From Scyliorhinus canicula (lineage: Eukaryota), in NCBI RefSeq assembly GCF_902713615.1, contig NC_052146.1:204061199-204125198 (forward strand): a stretch of DNA of 64,000 nucleotides, written 5' to 3'. The first letter of the stretch is position 1, and each line of letters starts with the position of its first letter. The notes below the pieces were generated by a model that searched no databases, was not told where the DNA came from, and saw only the letters and a program-made list of their open reading frames with translations. The translations under genes were made by a program, and so were the position numbers. Of the stretch, positions 23,941 through 35,317 are shown one piece after another.

Positions 23941-25186
23941 CCTGGATAGGTACAGCTTTGCATAAATCATCATGCTTGAAGAGAATTAAATACATTGAGC
24001 AGAGGGAAGCCAAGAGGAGAAAATCAGAGCTAAAAACCGCAAGAGAAAATAAAAGTACAAAGCTTAAGATTTGGCCTCATCAAAAATGTTTGTGCCTGTC
24101 AAGTGAATGCAGCCTCTCTCCAGTATATCTAGAGGAACAGTTCCTTGACGCACCATGCACAGTACCAGTGTCGGGCTCAGTTGATGTCTCGCAGTCACTG
24201 CTTTCAGATCATTTTCACCGTACAGGAAACTGGTTGATCATTGTTAAAAAAATACTTGTGCCAACAGCAGGATTAAAGTTCAGCTCACTGCACCTGGGTT
24301 TTATTTTACTGCTTTGCACCTGTTCTCCCAATAATGGGTGGAATATTACATCCATTTCCTTCGCCTTCTTTACTCCCCTCACTGACAACTGTCACATTCT
24401 TTCGATAATTATGAATAATACAGCTCGTTTTTTTTCTGCTACTCCATCACTGCCTCGTGATTTTATTCCTATTGTTTTTTGTTCTCGGCACGCACAGATG
24501 TTTTGAATAAGCTCTTGTTAAGCTCAAACACTAGACTGCAAACCTTGACCCCTCACATGCGCATCCAAATTATAGCACTTTTCCCCGAGAGGTCTCCCTC
24601 TGAGGTCTGAACCAACCATCGACTAGACTATTGTAACCAATCTTGTTTATTTAATGAAATTTAAAGGGTTTCTCGACAGAGAAATGATTGCAAACGCATT
24701 TGGTTGCAGACACCTCACACTTATGGGCATAAATCTGGGCCCAGTAATTGCTTTGCAAGTCAGTGTGTGACTATGCAATTTTTGTTAATGTGAATGGAAT
24801 GTTTTTTTTTCATCTTTCTATCTCTCCTTAGAATTGCTGCTGTCGCGCCTTTGTTATGTGATTTGGAATATAAAATCAAAGGGGGGGACACTTCATAGAT
24901 TTGTTTTATAATTGCTGTTTTCAATTGTTAAAGAATTGAGAATTGTTGAAATTCTTTAAGTCTTTTGGTGCAAGCTGGCTTCGGTTTGATGCATTGCGTT
25001 GTACACTACTTCCACACCCATGATCAGTCGAACTCCAGTGTCTGGAGAGGTGACATTCATGTTCACCTGGAAACACTTCTATTCAGCATTGCAAACATGA
25101 AGCACTTGGGACAGACTGATTTAAAATAAAACTGGTTTATCATCCATGTGATAGTCTTTATCGAAAGGGGGTTGGAATATAAGGTA

Positions 25187-25495
25187 AGGACACGACATAG
25201 TAGCACAGGGGTTAACACTGCTGTCTCACAGCGCCAGGGGCCCGGGTTCAATTCCGGCCTTAGGTGATGGTGTGGAGTTGCCATGTTCTCCCTGTGCCTG
25301 CGTGGGTTTCCTCCCACAGTCCAAACATGTGCCGGTTTGGTGGATTGGCCACGCTAAATTGCCCCTTAGTGTCCAAAGATGTGCACATTAGGTGGCGTAA
25401 CGGGAATATGGTGGGGGAGTTCTTTCAGACGGTCAGTCCAGATTTGATGGGCCGAATGGCCTTCTTCTGCACTGTAGCAATTCTATGGTTATAGT
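25187..25495 (+). mobile_element. HE1-type SINE, diverged
   Basis: Head, core and tail all recognisable. Confidence 0.8.
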
Positions 25496-27404
25496 AGCTA
25501 GTCCCAGCGACATTGCACAAGATCATCAGCAAGTGCCAAGATGTCTTCCAGGGAGAACTGGGGAAAATAAATGGAGTCAATTCGAGAATTCACGTGAACC
25601 CAGAAGCCACCCCAAGATTTTTACGGGTTAAGCCTGTGACTGATGCGTTATTGGAGAAGGTCGAAAGAGAGTTGAAAGTGTTGGAAGACTTAGGCATCAT
25701 TCAACCAGTGTGATTTGCAGAATGGGCAACACCCTTTGTGTCAGTAGTGAAACTTGATAAAAACATTTGAATCTGCAGGGATTACAAGCTGATGGTGAAC
25801 CAGGCGCAAAATTGGAGAAGTACCCCATCCCCAAAATCAAAGATCTATATTAAAAACTGTCTGAAAGTCAAACGGTCACTCAGTTAGACATGAGTCATGC
25901 CTACCAGCAGCTGGAGCTGAACAATGCCTCGGTGGGATATGTGACCATAATCACTCAGAAAGTGTTGTACCAGTACACACACTTTCCCTTTGGAGTTTCA
26001 TCAGCATACGCTATATTCCAAAGAACCATGGAGAGTTTACTGCAAGGCTTGCTGCATGTCGTCGTGTACTTAGATGAGGTATTAGTAACAGGGCCCACAG
26101 AAGAAGAACACGTGTTGAATTTGGAAGAAGTATTAAGGAGATTCTGGGAAGCAGTATTAAGGGGATTCTAGGAAGCAGGAGTGTGCCTCAAGAAAGAGAA
26201 GTACACCTTCCAGGCTAATGAGGTGGCTTACCTGGGTTATTGGGTGGGCGCACAGGGTTGCACTCCATGGAAGACAAGGTGAAAGCAATCAGGAGGCACC
26301 AACCCCAAGGAATACCTCAGAACTCAAATCCTTTCTCAGGATGGTGAACTATTTTGGGTGGTTTCTCCTCAACTTGTCAACAATGTTAGTTCCACTCCAC
26401 TACATGCATTATTAAAATAATGGGCCTGGATGGCACCACAAAAAGAAGCATTTAGCCAAGTCAAGCAGTTGGTGCAGCCATCTTGTTTGCTGGTGTACTT
26501 CGACTCCGCCAAGAAGATAACACGAGCATATGGTGCATCCCCACAGGGCGTTGGGGCAGTTTTATCCCCAGAATGGATGATGGGTTGGAGAAACCTGTGG
26601 GATATGCATCAAGAACCCTTACAGATGCGGAGAAGAAATATTCACAAATCGAGAGAGAGGGCCTGGCTGTCATCTGTGGCATTAAAAAGTTCCACCTTTA
26701 CTTATATGGGAGACATTGCACTTCAGTGACAGACCATAGCAACTGTTGGGTTTATTCAAGAAAGATAATGCAATTCCACCTATAGCTTCGGCTCGGATAC
26801 AGCGTTGGGCGACATTCTTGTTGGCTTATGAGTACACCATTGAATGTCGTCCATGAACACAAATAGCCAATACTAATGCCCTGAGCGGTATTCCTTTGCC
26901 ACAGATGAATGGACCTCCCACACAACCAGAAGAGATAATAATGGCCATTCATTTTCTAGACACTTGGCCAGTGATGGACACACTGTGACCCATTGTTGTT
27001 GAAGATTGAACAAATGATATTGTTTGAATGATGAAATGAGAGAGCTTCAGAGGAAATGCAGCCTTATCAGATCAGGAAAGACGAGCTTAGCTGTGAGGTT
27101 GATATCATCCTCTGGGAATCGAGAGTAATGTCCCCAGGCCAGGAGGAGAATTATTACTAAAGAGTTACATAGTGCCCATCTGATCATTTCTAAAATGAAG
27201 ATGCTAATGCGAAGCTACATGGGGTGGCCTGGCGTCGATGTTGCGATTGAAAGACTGGTAAAGTACTCTGGTCAGTGCAAAGTCCAGAAGACGTTACCTG
27301 CCGCAGTTCCGTTACACTCATGGGAATGGCCAGGTTGACCATGAGTTAGAGTCCATGTCGACTATGTGGGCCCATTTATGGGCGCAATCAGAGATTCATC
27401 ATGA

Positions 27405-27720
27405 ATTACAGAAGCATAGAATCCCTATAGTGAAAAAGGAGGGCATTCGGCCCATCGAGTCTGCACAGACCCTCTGAAAGAGCACCCTACCCACGCCCAA
27501 TCCCTCACCTTACCCCACAATCACACCGAGGGGCAATTTAGTAAAGCCAATCCACGTAACCTGCACATCTTTGGACTGTGGGAGGAAACCGGAGCACCCG
27601 GAGGAAACCCATGCAGACACAGGAAGAACGTGCAAGCTCCACACAGTCACCCGGGGTCAGAATCAAACCTGGGTCTGTGGCATTGTAAGGCAGCAGTGCT
27701 AACCACTGCGCCACCATGCC
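27405..27720 (-). mobile_element. HE1-type SINE in Gypsy integrase
   Basis: Head, core and CR1 tail on the minus strand. Confidence 0.85.
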
Positions 27721-27787
27721 AGCAATGTTTTTGTTGTCAGTCGACACCCATTTGGAGTGGATGGAGGTGATTGAGCTAAGATCCACA

Positions 27788-27960
27788 ACTGGTTTAGCTC
27801 ACTCAGCTAAATCGCTGGCTTTTAAAGCAGACCAAGCAGGCCAGCAGCACGGTTCGATTCCCAGACAGGCGCCGGAATGTGGCGACTAGGGGCTTTTCAC
27901 AGTAACTTCATTGAAGCCTACTCGTGACAATAAGTGATTTTCATTTTCATTTTCATTTTC
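27788..27960 (+). mobile_element. Head-2 plus tail Y SINE ending in (tttca)n
   Basis: ctggtttagctcactcagctaaatcgctggc...gcctactcgtgacaataag(ttttca)n. Confidence 0.8.
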
Positions 27961-29109
27961 TTGTGCCACAGTTGAGAAGCTGTTTTGCAATCCATGAGAC
28001 ACCAAAGGTCCTTTTACCGGTGAGCAGTTTCAGAAGTTTATGACTTTTAACCGCATAAAACGATATCAGAACAGCACAATACCATCCTTCTTCCAGTGGA
28101 CTGGCTAAGACAACACTGCAGACTTTCAAGGCTGGCTTGAAGAAGCAACCACCTGTACCTTTAAACACCAAACTGACTAGGTTTCTTCTATCTTATATTG
28201 GAGCATACCACTACTGGGGTCTCTCCAGTTAAGCTGCTGGTGGGCTGTTGGTCAAGGACCAGGTTAAACCTGGTGTCCCCAAATTTAACGGGGAGGATGG
28301 AGACAGCCAGACGAACCAGAAGAGCAACCATGATTCGTTTAAAAGTGCAAGAACATTTGAGATAAAGGATCCAGTGTTTTTGAAGAATTTTGGTAATGGA
28401 TCAAATTGGGTTCCAAGAGTTGTGGCCAGAACAGGGCTAGTGTTCTATGAGGTTAAAATACAGAACAAGCTTTTAAAGAGGCATGTAGATCACTTGCATG
28501 GGCGAGAGCCATCCCAAAAGCCAGTCTTATGATCAGATCCAATTGTGCCAGCAGGAAGCTTTGTGGGTTGCCCAAGGAGTGAACTGTCGGATCAGCGAGT
28601 AACAGGCCAGAGTGTTATTCCCCGGGAGATAGGTAGTGGAGGAAAGTGAAACGTTGGTGCACGGAATGGGTCCTGGTGAAATAACTACCTCAGCAGAAGA
28701 ACCTCAGTCACCCGAGCTATGCCACGCTACGAGAAACGAGTTATTGATGGCCCAGTGTTCACGATCGTTACTGTTTTGGCAATTGTGTAATTTAATTATT
28801 CCCATGTGTAAAAAGGGACTTAAAAGGGGAGGAATATTGTAGCTAGCCCTTTTAAGGGACATTCTCTGAGAGAGGAGTTGTGTGACCCGCTAGGCCAATC
28901 ATGAATGGGAACTGGGAATTCACTGGGACATTTTGGGGCTTGTACGAGCAGCTGGACCCTAGAGCTAAGTGTGGGAAGACCGTTTTAACGCACTCTGTAA
29001 ACAGTTGCAATAAAATATTTGTTCTTATAAATTAACTGGTGGAGCGTATTCTTGAAGTTATGACACCAGCCACAATCAAATAAATCTCTAATAGGCCAAG
29101 ATGTTCTTG

Positions 29110-30500
29110 CTTACTATGGGCAGACACAGGTGTCATTCTGAGTGCGTGAACCATAAAGCCCTATCTGTAAGAAAAATCCGTTTCTTCTTTTGGATTTTGA
29201 ACCAGACCAAGCCTCTCGATCTAATGTTGGATGGCATGGTGTTGCTCCAGGGTTTCAGTTGCAAGGTTACACCATTGGCTCTGCTCAATTTCTCCAAGTA
29301 CAGGTGCCTGGTTTCCATCCATTTAGGATTGGATCTTGTTTGGAGGCAATTGGCAGGCAGAATTTATTTTCTGTGCCCTTAGAATTTTTAGGTGTAAAAT
29401 TTGCTGTCTTCCAGTCTGCTGGGAACTTTCCAGAATCGAAGGAATTTTTGAAAAATTATAACCAATGCCTCGAATATCTCAGTCAGTTGTATTTAGACTC
29501 TAGGGCCGGGATTCTCTGAGCCTCCATGCCGAAATTGCGCTCGGCGAGGGGGTGGAATATGGGGTGTTAGACCCGCGATTGGGTCCGGCGCTGGGACGCG
29601 AACCTCCAGCGATTGGCGAAATGCCATCAGCCGCATGTGCGCGGTTGAGTCGGCTCCAGTCGGTGCCGTTGAAAGAGGCCCCCGCGGCGATTCTCTGCAG
29701 TCCCACCAGCGTGGTTCCCGTATGGTTCCACCAGGCGGGAACTTGCCATCGTGGCTGCGGTGGCTGTGCTGGTTGGGAGCGGGGGGGGATCAGTCTCGGG
29801 GGGGCTTCCACGATGGCCTGCCCGCGATCAGGGGCCTCCAGTCGGCGGGCGGGCGCGATCTGGGGGGGGGGCCTACCTTCTTTCGCGCCGGCCCGTTGTG
29901 TGGTTCCGCCATTGCGCGGGGCCACCGCTGTGCACATGCGCAGACCTGCGGCCGGTAGTGCAGGGCCCCGTATCGGCAGCAGGAACTGCACGGTGCACGC
30001 CACGGCCCTGCTATCCCTCTTAAAACCGGAGAATCACTCCGGACTTTTTGAAAAAAGTCCCGAGTCATTTGCACCCGTTTTCTGGCGGGCCTGGGGACAT
30101 AGCCCCATTATCAGAGAATCCTGGCCCAGGTCCTGGGGACTTGTCAACATTCAGGTCTAGTGGTTTCCCAGTACCTTCTCCCTTATCTTGATGATTGTTT
30201 TAAGCTTTAAAAAATTTTTTTTAGCAATCTTTATTGCCACAAGTAGGCTTACATCAACACTGTAATGAATTTACTGTGAAAAGCCCCTAGTCGCCACATT
30301 CAGGCGCATATTTGAGTACACAGAGGAAGAATTCAGAAGTTCCTCCCTCCTTTTCACTTCTTGATTTCAGACTATCTTGTGGAAGTCTTCTACAATGGAA
30401 ACAAACACAAAATAGCTGTTCAACTCTTCTCCATTTCCTTGATTTCCATTATTAATTCCCAGATTCACTCTCAAGCACCTGTAACAATGTTCCTTTCACA
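29110..30500 (-). mobile_element. Old CR1 ORF2 fragments, split by a MITE and a SINE tail
   Basis: Reverse complement gives EALVIIFQK...VP and dkSPGP-like motifs; a tail-Y fragment lies at about 30228-30340. Confidence 0.6.
29503..30127. mobile_element. Harbinger-type MITE
   Basis: GGGCCGGGATTCTC...GAGAATCCTGGCCC. Confidence 0.8.
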
Positions 30501-30552
30501 TTTCTCAATCACCTAAAGTCACATTATACTGGCATCAATAACAAAATTAATT

Positions 30553-31136
30553 GGGCTGGGATCTCCGATTTCCAGAAAAAACGGCGCAAAAGCAGCACCG
30601 ACCCTTCGCCCAGTGGGGGGGGGCTAGCAGCCGTGCAGCCTAAAGCTCCAGCTTTACCTGCGGATACGGCCGGAGAATTGCCGGGTGCGAGGCCGTGATG
30701 TGTAACATGGCGCCGGCCGTGCGCGGACCCGGCCTGTCAAATAATGTCCCCCTGCAGCCCGCCTCGCCATCCGCGGACCGCCCCCCACCAGTGCCCCCAG
30801 CCTCCGCCAAAGCCATCCATGCCCGCGGAATGGCTCCCTTCCGACTGTGGCGGCGCTGGGCTCAGTCAGCAGCCGCCATGCGGGGTCCACGAAAACAAAT
30901 ACCATCAGTGTTCCGCGCCACTGGGAACTCGGCCATCGAGGGCGGAGCGTCTGGGGAGTGCCTCAGGTGACGTCCTGCGACTGCCCATATGTAGTGCGGC
31001 ATACTCCCCGAGTACCCTGTTTTTGAGGGGGCGGAGCATCGCAAAAGCGCCACCGCCCCCAATTTTGGCGCAAACGGGGATTCTCCAGCCAGTCGCCGAA
31101 CGCAATTTCAGCGTCGCCGACCGGAGAATCCCGCAC
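30553..31136. mobile_element. Harbinger-type MITE
   Basis: GGGCTGGGATCTCC...GGAGAATCCCGCAC; homologous to about 8470-8987. Confidence 0.8.
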
Positions 31137-31607
31137 AATGTTCCTCCAGATCTTGGGTGTGCAAGTCTGTACAGCAAAGGCCCTAATAGGATTTTGGGAA
31201 GGCATCTTTTCATTGATTATGGCACAGGGATCTTGGTACACAGTGAATTTGAAGAAAAGCATGCTGAATGTCTTGTGCCAATGTATCATGAATCTGGTTA
31301 ACTCAGAGACTGGCTTTCTGAGGACCTGCAAGAAGCAAGATTTTAATTGCGAAACCTTACACCCTAAATTCCTCTTAGATTAAAAGATAACCAGATTTTA
31401 AAAAATAATAATTTATTGTTAAGATGTTAGCATCGCTGGTAAGGCCAGCATTTATTGTCCATTTCTAATTGTACTAGCAGTTAGTGGGGGTGAACCAATC
31501 TCTTGAATCACTGCACTCTTTGTGGTGTACAGGTATTCCTCTAGCATTGATAGGGAGGAATTTAAGGTTTTTAAACCTGTATTGTTGAAGAAATGGCAAC
31601 ACAGGGC

Positions 31608-31890
31608 TGGGCACCATGGTAGCACAGCGGCTAGTGCAGTTGCTACAGATCCAGGGTCCTGGGTTCGATTCCTGGCTTGGGTCATTGTGCAGTCTATACA
31701 TTCTCCCTGTGTCCGCGTGGGTTTCCTCCGGGTGCTCCGGTTTCCTCCCACAGTCCAAAGATGCGCAGGTTAGGTGGATTGGCCCTGCTACACTGCCCTT
31801 AGTGTCCAAAAAGGTTAAGCTGGGTTACGGGGATAGAGTGGAGGCGTGGGCTTGAGTAGGGTGCATTGTAAATTCTATGATTTTATGATT
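31608..31890 (+). mobile_element. HE1-type SINE
   Basis: Head and core with an internally deleted tail. Confidence 0.85.
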
Positions 31891-32203
31891 GTACAACCCT
31901 CGTCTCAACATGCACATTTCCAGTTCGGAGGAGGGGGGAGGAATGTAGAATATGTTGGATGCCCACCATACCTGCTTCTCCCTCTCATCCTGCTTGTTCC
32001 CCATAATACTGGGGGAGGGTATGTTGTCAATAGGTCACCTGCTCCGAAGCTTATTGGGGCCCTTAACTGCTACAGAATGCCGGGCAGTGGCCAGTAAATC
32101 GAAGTGCAAAGGCTGTTTTTGAATAAGCTTCTATGAAAATGCAGGAAGGAAGGGGGCATACCAACCCGGGCCCCCCGTACGCACTTGGGGCACAGTCCTC
32201 AGA

Positions 32204-33152
32204 TGGGTGCCACGGTAGCACAGTAGTTAGTCCTGCTGCCTCACAGTGCCAGGGACCTTAGGTGACCATGTGGATTTTCATAGAACCATAGAATCATTTA
32301 CAGTGCAAAAGGAGGCCATTCGACCGATCAAGTCTGCACCGGCCCTTGGAAAGAGCACTCTACTTAGGCCCCATGCTTCCTGATGAACCATCAATTGAAC
32401 GCGAGACGAGTTGCTGCACAAAAGTAAGGCTTTAATAAGCTAGATGTTAGTCCTGCGGTCGACTACAGTAAATGGACGACCGCCGGGCGTACTGGGTATT
32501 TATACCCCGCCCTGGAGGCGGGTTAACTCAGCCTCTCGACCAATTGGGAGCCGTCACATGACTGGTCTCAACCAATCGGTCGAGAGGCACATGACCGACC
32601 AGGGCCAACGGTAAGCCGGTGTTCTGCACCAATGGCAGGCAGCTATGTTAATCATATCACCACACTTCCATCCTATTCCCTTTATTCCCGTAACCCAGTC
32701 ACCCCACCTACTCTTTTTGGACACTAAGGACAATTCAGAATGGCCAATCCACCTAACCCGCACATCTTTGGACTGTGGGAGGAAACCGGAGCACCCGGAA
32801 GAAACCCACGCAGACACGGGGAGAACATGCAGACTCCGCACAGACAGTGACCCAAGCCGGGAATCGAACCTGCGACCCTGGAGCTGTGAAGCAACTGTGC
32901 TAACCACTGTGCTACTGTGTTGCCCCAGATTTTGTATGTTCTTCGCGTGTCTATGTGGTTAGGTGGATTGGCCATGTTCAATTGTCTCTTAACATCCAGA
33001 GATATGAAGGTTAGGTTTCGGAGTTATGGTGTTATAGGGATAGGATGGGGTGGTTGGGGCAGTTAACCTGGGTAGAGTGTTCTTTTGGAGGGTTTGGTGC
33101 GAACTTGATGCAAATTGCCTCCTTGTACACTGTAAGGATTCTATGATTCTAT
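32204..33152. mobile_element. Nested SINEs: a plus-strand HE1 (32204-32278 and 32927-33152) interrupted by a minus-strand HE1 (about 32279-32926)
   Basis: The outer halves are collinear and gatttt is duplicated at the junctions. Confidence 0.8.
32381..32664 (-). mobile_element. Solo LTR (family C-like)
   Basis: Minus strand TGTGGTGA...TATAAATA...ATTAAA...TCATCA; 5-bp TSD CTTCC. Confidence 0.88.
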
Positions 33153-33574
33153 GTCACCCTTCTCCAGTTCGACCCTCCCTGCTTGCTTTCCAAATCCGAA
33201 CCCTCCAACCCTACCTCTCCTCTCTCCGTAAGATCTCTGATTCCCCCCTTTCTGGAACACCAGCACTTACCTCACTCTGGTGGCTACTGCTCGCATTCCT
33301 GCACCTCCTTGCAATCCCAGCAGTGCCCACTACTGAATTTTGGTGCTGGTGAGACCGCAACTACTGCCAGACAATCTGATTGGCCAGCAGTTCTTGAGGG
33401 TGGGACTTCTTGTCCATTGAGGAACTGAAAACCGACCCTGAGATTGTTCAACCTATCCCATCATGTTACCTCTGAGTAGCAGGCTTTTTAAAGGTTTGTC
33501 CATTTGGAATCAACTTTCCTTCCAAAGGGGGTGAACAGAAAACCCCTCCTGTTAAATCCAGACTATAGATCAAA

Positions 33575-34005
33575 ATCAGGATGTTGTGTAACTTGGAGGG
33601 GAACTTGCAGGTAGTGGTGTACTCATGCATCTGCTACCTTGTTCTTCTAGGTTGTCGAGGTTGTGGATTTGTTGTCTCAGGAACCTTGGAGAATTACTGT
33701 CGAGCATTTTGTAGATGGTACACACGGCTGCCACTGTGCGCCAGTGCTGGAGGGAGTTTATTCTTGTGGAAGGGGTGTGAATCAAGCTAGCTGCTTTGTC
33801 CTGGATCATGTTGAGCTTCTTGAGTATTGTTGGAGCTGCACTCATCCAGGCAAATAAAGCGTATTCCATCACATTCCTGACTTGTGCTCTGCAGATGGTG
33901 GGAAGACTTTGGGGAGCCAGCAGGTGAGTTACTCATCGCAGGATTCCCAGCCTCTTGCCTGCTCTTGTAGCCACAGTATTTGTATGGCTGGTCCAGTTCA
34001 GCTCC
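33575..34005 (-). mobile_element. CR1/L2-group LINE 3' ORF fragment
   Basis: MEYALFAWMSAAPTILKKLNMIQDKAA...SLQHWRTVAAVCTIYKM; homologue at 39765-40520. Confidence 0.75.
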
Positions 34006-34191
34006 TGGCTGTTACACAGAATAGGTATGAAAACTCTACCATTGCTATAGTGCAATGTAGGTATATTGTACAACAATCCCAGCAAGTTCCCTCAATTACA
34101 AGAAGTATTTAGAACCTAGAACATAGAAAAATACAGCACAGAACAGGCTCTTTGGCCCACAATGTTGTGCTGAAACTTTGTCCTAGATTAA

Positions 34192-34544
34192 TCATAGATC
34201 ATCATAAAATTTACAGTGCAGAAGGAGGCCATTTGGCCCATTGTGTCTACACCGGCTCTTGGAAAGAGCACCCTACCCAAGGTCAACACCTCCACCCTAT
34301 CCCCATAACCCAGTAACACCACCCACCACTAAGGGCAATTTTGGACACTAAGGGCAATTTATCATGGCCAATCCACCTAACCTGCACATCTTTGGACTTT
34401 GGGAGGAAACCGGAGCACCCGGAGGAAACCCACGCACACACAGGGAGGATGTGCAGACTTTGCACAGTGACCCAAGCCGGAATCGAACCTGGTACCCTGG
34501 AGCTGTGAAGCAATTGTGCTCGCCACAATGCTACCGTGCTGCCC
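34192..34544 (-). mobile_element. HE1-type SINE in CR1 3' UTR
   Basis: Full-length copy, close to 23468-23825. Confidence 0.9.
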
Positions 34545-34787
34545 TTAAGAACAAATTAATCTACACCATTATTCTACCGTAATCCATGTACCTATCCAAT
34601 AGCCGCTTGAAGGTTCCTAATGTTTCCGACTCAACTACTTCCACAGGCAGTGCATTCCATGCCCCCACTACTCTCTGGTAAAGAACCTACCTCTGACATC
34701 CCTCCTACATCTTCCACCATTCACCTTAAATTTATGTCCCCTTGTAATGGTTTGTTCCACCCGGGGAAAAAGTCTGACTGTCTACTC

Positions 34788-35309
34788 CAGGGGTGGGCAA
34801 ACTACGGCCCGCGGGAGGCATGCGGCCCGACAATGGTTTTTATGCGGCCCGCCAATGAGGTGCCCGGAATCATAACCGGCATTTTTGAAAAGCCGCTGAA
34901 GTAAATGCGCTTATTCAATAAGCGCATTTACCTCAGCGGCTTTTCCCCGGCGGCTTTTCAAAAATGCCGGTTATGATTCCGGGCACCTCATTGACGGGCC
35001 GCATAAAAATGCGCGTAGTGGGGTGGATGTGTGGGGCTGTCTCATTGGTCGGTTTAGTTGGGTGTGCGACCAATAGGAGTCCAGATTACAAACAATAAGC
35101 CTTATTATTGTGTCCAATCATTCTCATTGACATTGTTCTGTTACTTACTGAGTTACTTTGTTTTTCAAATAAATGTGCTTTTTTTTCTTTAAAGACCTTT
35201 TATTTTGGCTATTTAAAATATTAATTATTTCACTTAATATACTATGCGGCCCTTTAAAATTGTGAATTTCTGAATGTGGCCCTTGCACGGAAAAGTTTGC
35301 CCACCCCTG
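34788..35309. mobile_element. Non-autonomous hAT (Charlie-like) element, 522 bp
   Basis: Perfect TIR CAGGGGTGGGCAAACT / AGTTTGCCCACCCCTG; perfect 8-bp TSD GTCTACTC (34780-34787 and 35310-35317). Confidence 0.95.
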
Positions 35310-35317
35310 GTCTACTC

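Larger units (their letters stand above)
25505..29065 (+). mobile_element. 5'-truncated decayed Gypsy pol plus 3' LTR
   Basis: RT (DVFQGELGKING...; PFGVSSA...VVYLDEVL), RNase H (KPVGYASRTLTDAEKKYSQIEREGLA), integrase (RVHVDYVGPF; RHVDHL). PPT aaaaggggaggaa at about 28822-28834; LTR about 28835-29065 ending TGACA and containing AATAAA. Confidence 0.9.

Noticed and set aside
23958-24506. 182-aa ORF as a host gene
   Set aside because: Non-ATG start, no recognisable motif, and it runs through pyrimidine-rich intron-like sequence.
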